A DNA stretch of 64,000 nucleotides from an uncultured Gemmatimonadales bacterium (GTDB taxonomy: Bacteria > Gemmatimonadota > Gemmatimonadetes > Gemmatimonadales > GWC2-71-9). The position numbers and the translations under genes were made by a program. The stretch spans positions 288,001 through 352,000 of the forward strand of contig CAVSQW010000012.1 in the NCBI GenBank assembly GCA_963730185.1. The letters are read 5' to 3'. This document shows, piece after piece, positions 57,562-64,000 of the stretch (the first letter of the stretch is position 1; every line of letters starts with the position of its first letter). The notes under the pieces are model-generated. The model saw only the letters and a program-made list of their open reading frames with translations, had not been told where the DNA came from and did no database searches.

Positions 57562-58487
57562 GATCCATGCGCACCCTCCGCTTCGGGACCCCGCTCGTCT
57601 TCGCCGCCGCGCTCGCCTGTGGTCGCTCCGGCCCCGGCTCGATGCCGGCTCCGGTCGCCTTCTCGCTCCCCGATTCGGTCATCGTCGTCGACGGCCAGAC
57701 CGGTCGGCCCGTGTCGACCGCCGACTTGACCGGCCGCCTCGCGGCCGCCGACCTCGTCCTCCTCGGCGAGTTCCACGACGATGCCCTCCACCACCGGCTT
57801 CGGGGTGAGTTGATCACCGCGTTCGGCCAGCGGCACCCGGCCGTGGTGTTCGAGCAGTTCGCCGAGGCCGACGGCCCGATCGCGCCGCCGGCCGCCGGCG
57901 AATCCGAGACGGACTGGCTCGACCGGAACGGGTTCGATCGGACCGGATGGCGATGGCCCCTGCACCGGCCGGTGGTCGACGCGGCGCTGGCCCACGCCAG
58001 GGCGATCTGGGGGAGCGGGCTCTCGCGGGAATCGCTCCGGGCGGTGGTCCGGGGCGGGGCCGATGCGGCCCCGGAACCGCTCCGGGCGCTGATCGGGCGG
58101 ACCCCGCTGGACAGCGTGGCCCGGGCGGAGATCGACCGCGAGCTGATCGAGGGGCACTGCGGCCAGCTGCCACCCTCGATGCTTCCGGGCATGCGGGCCG
58201 CGCAGGAGGCCCGCGACGCCTCGATGACCCGGGCCCTGCTCGCCGCCGTCGCGACCGGCCCCGCCTGGCTGATCGCCGGCAACGGGCACGTCCGGGCCGA
58301 CATGGGGGTGCCCCGGATGCTCCGGATCGTGGCGCCGGAGCGGAAGATGCTCGTGGTCGGATTCCTGGAGCGCGACGAGCGCGGCAACCTGCCGGCCGCC
58401 ACCGAGCGCCGCGCCTATGACCTCGTGGTGGTGACGCCGCGGGTGGAGCGCGAGGACCCCTGCGCCGCCTTCAAGCGCCAGAGCTGA
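57558..58487 (+). CDS. ChaN family lipoprotein
   Basis: LLGEFHD, VVFEQF, EGHCG, AQEARDASM and LIAGNGHVR.D.GVP motifs. Confidence 0.88.
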   Translation: MRSMRTLRFGTPLVFAAALACGRSGPGSMPAPVAFSLPDSVIVVDGQTGRPVSTADLTGRLAAADLVLLGEFHDDALHHRLRGELITAFGQRHPAVVFEQFAEADGPIAPPAAGESETDWLDRNGFDRTGWRWPLHRPVVDAALAHARAIWGSGLSRESLRAVVRGGADAAPEPLRALIGRTPLDSVARAEIDRELIEGHCGQLPPSMLPGMRAAQEARDASMTRALLAAVATGPAWLIAGNGHVRADMGVPRMLRIVAPERKMLVVGFLERDERGNLPAATERRAYDLVVVTPRVEREDPCAAFKRQS

Positions 58488-58499
58488 CGCCGGGAGCGC

Positions 58500-59939
58500 T
58501 CAGAGGTAGGGCTGGGCCAGCCGGGCAACCCCATCGCGAAGCTGCACGGCCAACGGTCGCCGGTCCAGATCGTCCCGCGTCACCGGACGGGACGCCCCGA
58601 TCTTCCGGTCGAGCAGCGCGTCGAGCCGGGAGGCCAGCTCGGTCGAGTAACACTCCACCCCGTACTCGAAGTTGAGGCGGAGGCTCCGCGGGTCCCAATT
58701 GGCCGACCCAATCAACGACCAGGCCCCATCCACCACGAACACCTTGGAGTGATCGAAGGGCGGCGGGGAGAGGTACACCCGGCAGCCGGTGTCGACGATC
58801 TGCCGGAGCTGGCCCATCATCGCCCACTGCACCAGCCGGAGGTTTCCCTGCTCCGGCAGGACGATCTCCACCCGGACGCCCCTGAGCGCCGCAGTCCGGA
58901 AAGCGGCCACCAGCGGGCCGTCCGGCAGGAAGTAGGGGGTGGCCAGGCGGATCGTGCGGGTGGCCTGCGACAGGGCGCCGAGCAGGGTCTGCAACAGGGT
59001 TTCGAAGTCTTCGTCCGGGCCATCCGGAATGCCTCGCGCGGCCACCGTTCCCCGTGGCTCGAGTGGCGGGAACCAGGCCTCGCCATCCAACGCCTCGCGG
59101 GCCGCGAAGCCCCAGTCGACCGCGAAGGCGCTCATCAGCTGTCGCACCACCGGCCCCCCGAGCCGGAAGTGGACGTCCTGGGTCGCCCCCTTGGGCGAGC
59201 GTTCCAGGAGACACCCGTCGCGAATGTTCAGCCCGCCGCAGAAGGCCGTGGTGCCGTCGACCACCATGATCTTCCGGTGGTTGCGGAGATTGAAGTACGG
59301 GTGGAGGACCGGGATCGCGGGCGGAAGGAAGCGGGCCACCGGCACCTGCCGTTGGCGGAGCGCCCGGGTGATCGGCGGGCGGCTGTAGCGGGCGCCGACG
59401 CCATCGATCAGGACCCGGACCCCAACCCCCCGAGCGACCGCGCTCGCGAGCGCTTCCACGAACCGGTCGCCGGCGACGCCCCGGTCGAAGATGTAGGTGG
59501 CCAGCGCCACGCTGTACTTCGCCTGCTCGATCGCCTCGAGCATCGCGGGGTAGCCTTCGTCGCCGTTCACCAGGAGGTCCACCGCGTTGCCCGGGGTGAG
59601 GCGCTGGCCGGTGGCCGTTCCCACCAGGGTAGCGAGCGACCGGATCGACTGGGGCGTGGCCTCCGGCAGCAGGGCTTCGTCCGTCCGATAGACGGCCAGC
59701 TCCGCGGTGTAGCGCTCCGCCAGCGCCGCCCGGCCCCGGATCCGCACCGCCTGCCGCCGGATCCGGTTGATGCCGAGCAGGCCATATAGGACGGCTCCCA
59801 CGATCGGCGCCAGCCAGACCAGGCCGGTCCAGCCGATGGCCGCCCGGACGTCCCGCTTGGTGAGCACGATATGGCCCGAGACCACGATCGCGAGCACGAC
59901 GTGGAGAACGCCGATCAGCTCCTGCACGAAGCTGGTCAC
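58500..59939 (-). CDS. cls: cardiolipin synthase (PLD family)
   Basis: Two N-terminal TMs and two HKD motifs (NHRKIMVVDG, DHSKVFVVDG). Confidence 0.9.
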   Translation of the reverse strand: MTSFVQELIGVLHVVLAIVVSGHIVLTKRDVRAAIGWTGLVWLAPIVGAVLYGLLGINRIRRQAVRIRGRAALAERYTAELAVYRTDEALLPEATPQSIRSLATLVGTATGQRLTPGNAVDLLVNGDEGYPAMLEAIEQAKYSVALATYIFDRGVAGDRFVEALASAVARGVGVRVLIDGVGARYSRPPITRALRQRQVPVARFLPPAIPVLHPYFNLRNHRKIMVVDGTTAFCGGLNIRDGCLLERSPKGATQDVHFRLGGPVVRQLMSAFAVDWGFAAREALDGEAWFPPLEPRGTVAARGIPDGPDEDFETLLQTLLGALSQATRTIRLATPYFLPDGPLVAAFRTAALRGVRVEIVLPEQGNLRLVQWAMMGQLRQIVDTGCRVYLSPPPFDHSKVFVVDGAWSLIGSANWDPRSLRLNFEYGVECYSTELASRLDALLDRKIGASRPVTRDDLDRRPLAVQLRDGVARLAQPYL

Positions 59940-60097
59940 CCGGACGCCTTCGCCGAGTCTTCACGATGCCTTAATGCGCCAGGCACTACCCTCGGCCCCA
60001 CGACACCGGGGCCGGCCCCGTGAGCCGCCATTCCTTGCGAACCCGCCCGGCCTTCGCGTCTTTTGGAGTGCATTCCTCTCTCCAAGGTGAGGTCCCC

Positions 60098-62074
60098 ATG
60101 ACTTCGAAGGCCCGATCGCTCGTGCTCTGCGCCATGGTTCTGGCGGCGCCCCTCGCGACGGCCCTGGCCCAGCGCGGCAACCAGCAGAACCTCACGGAGC
60201 TCCGCGCCCGCCGCTGGGATACCGAGAAGGAGCTCGAGCAGGTCGCCAACATCGACCGCAAGATCATGGTCCCGATGCGCGACGGCCTCCGGATGCAGGC
60301 CGACGTGTACTACCCCAAGACCGGCGCCGACAGATACCCCGCGATCTTCGTCCGGACGCCCTACAACTTCAACTACTGGGACGTTCGGAACGGGGCGCCC
60401 CGTGACATGACCTCCGTGGTCGAGGCCGTGAAACGCGGTTACGCCTACGTCGAGATGAACGAGCGGGGCCATTTCTTCTCCGAAGGTAACTACGACATCC
60501 TGGGTCCGCCGGTGAGCGACGGCGACGACGAGATCTCCTGGATCTCCAAGCAGCCCTGGTCGAACGGGAAGGTCGGCCTGATCGGCTGCTCGTCCACCGC
60601 CGAGTGGCAGATGGCCGTGGCCGCCCAGGGCAACCCGGCCCTCGGCGCCATCATCCCGATGGGCTTCGGCGCGGGTGTCGGCCGGGTCAAGCCGTACTTC
60701 GAGCAGGGCAACTGGTATCGCGGCGGCGCGGTCCAGATGCTCTTCATCGCCTGGCTCTACGGCGAGCAGAATCAAGTCCGGCCCATGTTTCCCAAGAACA
60801 CGTCGCAAGCAGACCTGGTCCGGGCCGCCAAGTCGTTCGATCTGGCCCAGCAGCTCCCGCCAGTCGACTGGTCGGATGGGCTGGCCCACCTGCCCGAGAT
60901 GGACATCATCAAGGCGGTCGACGGACCTCACGGGATCTTCTCCGATTCCATGCCGGTGGCCACGGGCGGGGCAATGATCAAACGCTCGCCGAACGACCCG
61001 GCCTGGTACAAGGGCGGCCTCTTCAACGACAGCATGACCATCAACGTCCCAGGGCTCTGGTTCATGTCCTGGTACGACGTTTCGGTCGGGCCCAACCTGG
61101 CGACCTACAATCACGTCAGGAACACCGCCCGGCCCGACGTGGCCAATCAGCAGTACGCCGTGATCGCGCCGACGCTCCACTGCGGGTACAAGCGCGCCAC
61201 CGAGAACACCGTCGTCGGTGAGCGGAGCGTCGGTGACGCCCGGCTCGACTACGACGAGCTGACCTATGGTTGGTTCGACCACTTCCTCAAGGGCGACAAC
61301 AACGGCCTGCTCGACACCCTGCCCAAGATCCGCTATTACACCATGGGTCTCAACAAGTGGCAGACGGCCGACACCTGGCCGCCGGCGGGCGCCGAGCCGC
61401 TCACCTTCTACCTCTCGAGCGACGGCCACGCCAACACCCGGAACGGTGACGGTCAGCTCACCACCAAGGCTCCATCGTCCGACCAGCCCGACGGCTTCAG
61501 CTACGACCCGATGCACCCCGTCCCCTCGCACGGCGGGAACGTCTGCTGCACCGGAAACGCCGTCCAGGGCGGCGCCTGGGACCAACGTCAGATGGAGGAG
61601 CGGCCCGACATCCTGGTCTACACCACCGACCCGCTCGAGGAAGGGACCGAGGTGAGCGGACCGATCGACTTCACGCTCTACGTCTCCTCGGACGCCAAGG
61701 ACACCGACTTCACCGTCAAAGTGCTCGACGTCTACCCCGACGGCACCGCTTACAACTTGGACGAAACGATCCAGCGAGCCCGCTACCGCGAGGGCTACGA
61801 CAAGCCGGTGACCTGGATGACGCCGGGAGAGGTCTCCAAGGTGGCCTTCCAGCCGATGACCACCAGCAACTACTTCGCGGCCGGGCACCGGATCCGGATC
61901 GAGGTGTCGAGCAGCAACTTCCCTCGATTCGACCGCAACATGAACACCGGCGGAAACAACTACGACGAGGTGACGGGCGTGGTGGCCCACAACCAGGTCC
62001 ACCACTCCAAGAAGTATCCGTCGACCCTCAAGCTCACCGTCGTCAAGCGACCGAAGGCCGCCGGCGGCCGTTGA
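60098..62074 (+). CDS. CocE/NonD family hydrolase, secreted
   Basis: [23 protein letters not shown] and [14 protein letters not shown] motifs. Confidence 0.92.
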   Translation: MTSKARSLVLCAMVLAAPLATALAQRGNQQNLTELRARRWDTEKELEQVANIDRKIMVPMRDGLRMQADVYYPKTGADRYPAIFVRTPYNFNYWDVRNGAPRDMTSVVEAVKRGYAYVEMNERGHFFSEGNYDILGPPVSDGDDEISWISKQPWSNGKVGLIGCSSTAEWQMAVAAQGNPALGAIIPMGFGAGVGRVKPYFEQGNWYRGGAVQMLFIAWLYGEQNQVRPMFPKNTSQADLVRAAKSFDLAQQLPPVDWSDGLAHLPEMDIIKAVDGPHGIFSDSMPVATGGAMIKRSPNDPAWYKGGLFNDSMTINVPGLWFMSWYDVSVGPNLATYNHVRNTARPDVANQQYAVIAPTLHCGYKRATENTVVGERSVGDARLDYDELTYGWFDHFLKGDNNGLLDTLPKIRYYTMGLNKWQTADTWPPAGAEPLTFYLSSDGHANTRNGDGQLTTKAPSSDQPDGFSYDPMHPVPSHGGNVCCTGNAVQGGAWDQRQMEERPDILVYTTDPLEEGTEVSGPIDFTLYVSSDAKDTDFTVKVLDVYPDGTAYNLDETIQRARYREGYDKPVTWMTPGEVSKVAFQPMTTSNYFAAGHRIRIEVSSSNFPRFDRNMNTGGNNYDEVTGVVAHNQVHHSKKYPSTLKLTVVKRPKAAGGR

Positions 62075-62178
62075 CGGAACGGGCCTCGGGCCCGAACATA
62101 TTGAGCGGGGCCGTCACCGCGAGGCGGTGGCGGCCCCGCCCCGTTTCCTCCCTCGGCCTCGCGGTCCGGAGATCTTCG

Positions 62179-63903
62179 ATGCGCGCTCTGCTCGTTCCCT
62201 TCCTGCTCAGCTCGTTCGCCGCCTCCCTGCCCGCCCAACCGCCAACGGTCCGAGCCGAGTTCGGCATCATGGTGCCGATGCGGGACGGCGTCCGCCTTGC
62301 CGCCGACGTCTGGCGACCGGCGGCCCCCGGCCGGTATCCGGTGCTGCTGGTCCGAACGCCCTATCTCAAGACCGGCCTCCAGCTGGCCGAATGGGCGCGG
62401 TGGTTCGCCGAACGGGGCTACGCCTTCGTGGTCCAGGATACCCGCGGCCGGGGCGACTCCGAGGGCCAGTTCGAGTTCTTCGCCGGCGACGGGCAGGACG
62501 GCTACGACAGCATCGAGTGGCTCGCGGCTCAGCCCTGGGCCAACGGCAAGGTCGGTACCCTGGGCCTCTCCTACCTCGGCACCGTCCAGTGGCTCGCCGC
62601 CAAGGAGCATCCGCCCCACCTGGTGTGTATGGCGCCGACCGCGCCCGCCGAGCGCTGGTTCGACGAGATTCCCTACCTCGGCGGCGCCTTCGCCTACGAG
62701 TGGGCCCTGAACTGGGTCAACGGAACCTCCGGCCGCATCAGCCAGGGACCGAACCTGGCGGGCATCGACTGGGAGAAAGTCCTGGCTCACCGACCGATCC
62801 TCACCAGCGATTCGGTGCTCGGTCGGGTCATGCCGCTCTATCGGGCCTGGCTCGAACACCCCACCGAAGGTCCCTACTGGCACCGGATGGAGCTCACCGC
62901 GGCCGATTTCGCGTCGATCGACATCCCGACGCTCACCACCACCGGGTGGTTCGACGCCGACCAACCGGGCTCGATGTTCTACTGGCGCGGCCTCGTGGCC
63001 AACGCACCCCACCCCGACCGGCACTTTCTCATGATCGGGCCCTGGACCCACATTCAGACGTTCCAGGGCGGCGCCCTCAAGGTCGGTGACACCGAGCTGC
63101 CGGCCCGGTCGATCGTCGACAACAAGGCCATTCATCTCGCCTTTTTCGATTGGTGCTTGAAGGGAACCAGCCCGCGATTCGACTTCCCCCGAGCCCGGAT
63201 CTTCCTCACCGGCGCCGACCAGTGGCGGGACTTCAGTGCCGACCCGTCGACCGCCACCTCGCCTCGCAAGCTGTACCTCACGAGCGGCGGCCGGGCCAAC
63301 TCGTTGATCGGCGACGGTCGCCTGACCTGGACCCCACCCGACCAGACCCCGCCCGACCACTACGACTACGACCCCCATAACCCGGTACCCGGAACCATGG
63401 CCGACGAGGGCCTCGACCGTCGCGGCCTGCAGCGCCGGGACGACGTCCTGGTCTACACCAGCGACCCGATGACGGAGCCCCTCGACCTCCTGGGCGACGT
63501 CACCCTCGACCTCGTGGCGGCCACCGACGCGCTGGACACCGACTTCACCGCCGTCCTTTCGGACGTCGCGCCCGACGGACAGGCCCTCCAGCTCGGGGCC
63601 CGGATCTCGATCCGCCGCGCCCGGTATCGGAACGGCTACGAGCGCGAGGAGCTCCTCACACCGGGGCGGGCCGAGACCTTCCACCTCGAGCTCTACGACA
63701 TCGGACACCGGTTCCAGCCCGGGCACCGGATCCGACTCGAGGTCTCGAGCAGCGCCGCGCCCTACTACAACCCCAATCAGAACACCGGCTTGCCGATCGC
63801 CACAGACACCACCTGGAAGGTCGCCCACCAGACCGTCTTCCACGACGGGGCCCGGGCGTCGGCCCTGACGCTGCCGGTGCTGACCGCGCGGGCAACGCCG
63901 TGA
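62179..63903 (+). CDS. CocE/NonD family hydrolase, secreted
   Basis: VPMRDGVRL, RTPY, DGYDSIEW, GLSYLG and GPWTH motifs. Confidence 0.92.
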   Translation: MRALLVPFLLSSFAASLPAQPPTVRAEFGIMVPMRDGVRLAADVWRPAAPGRYPVLLVRTPYLKTGLQLAEWARWFAERGYAFVVQDTRGRGDSEGQFEFFAGDGQDGYDSIEWLAAQPWANGKVGTLGLSYLGTVQWLAAKEHPPHLVCMAPTAPAERWFDEIPYLGGAFAYEWALNWVNGTSGRISQGPNLAGIDWEKVLAHRPILTSDSVLGRVMPLYRAWLEHPTEGPYWHRMELTAADFASIDIPTLTTTGWFDADQPGSMFYWRGLVANAPHPDRHFLMIGPWTHIQTFQGGALKVGDTELPARSIVDNKAIHLAFFDWCLKGTSPRFDFPRARIFLTGADQWRDFSADPSTATSPRKLYLTSGGRANSLIGDGRLTWTPPDQTPPDHYDYDPHNPVPGTMADEGLDRRGLQRRDDVLVYTSDPMTEPLDLLGDVTLDLVAATDALDTDFTAVLSDVAPDGQALQLGARISIRRARYRNGYEREELLTPGRAETFHLELYDIGHRFQPGHRIRLEVSSSAAPYYNPNQNTGLPIATDTTWKVAHQTVFHDGARASALTLPVLTARATP

Positions 63904-64000
63904 GCGTCACCACGACGGCAACCTCCGACGACGGTCGTCCGACCGGCGCCGGCCGGCTCACCGCACTTTCTTGCCGGGGCTGTCCTGTCCACCCTGGTGA

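Overview
GC-rich bacterial window. It is probably Gemmatimonadota or a similar lineage, inferred from a PadR plus duplicated orphan ABC permease pair, many Ser/Thr kinases and AQ-ending signal peptides. The core (about 14.1-28.1 kb, minus strand) is a compact contractile-injection operon. Its TssB, TssC and TssD resemble the Bacteroidota-type T6SS-iii rather than proteobacterial T6SS-i. Gene order is tssB-tssC-orf128-tssD-tssE-vgrG-tssF-tssG-tssK-clpB/tssH-FHA membrane protein-kinase. No TssJ/L/M or clear TssN/O/P/Q/R is recognisable. Instead it is flanked by membrane proteins with FHA, vWA, ubiquitin-like, kinase, kinase-N-lobe/SEL1 and M15-like domains, which are candidates for an undescribed membrane anchor and phospho-control circuit. 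At 41.7-53.5 kb there is a cargo region: a DUF4123 chaperone (frameshifted), a PAAR-TTR-repeat protein and two paralogous [PG-binding]-[OmpA-like]-[variable ORF] cassettes. The rest holds an arsR-arsM-phosphoesterase-acr3 operon with two visible operators, peptidases and hydrolases, an Ig-repeat/cytochrome c lipoprotein with a beta-barrel partner, MgtC, PaaI, DM13, ChaN and cardiolipin synthase. No rRNA, tRNA, CRISPR array or transposase was recognised. All family calls come from motif recognition by eye, not database searches.
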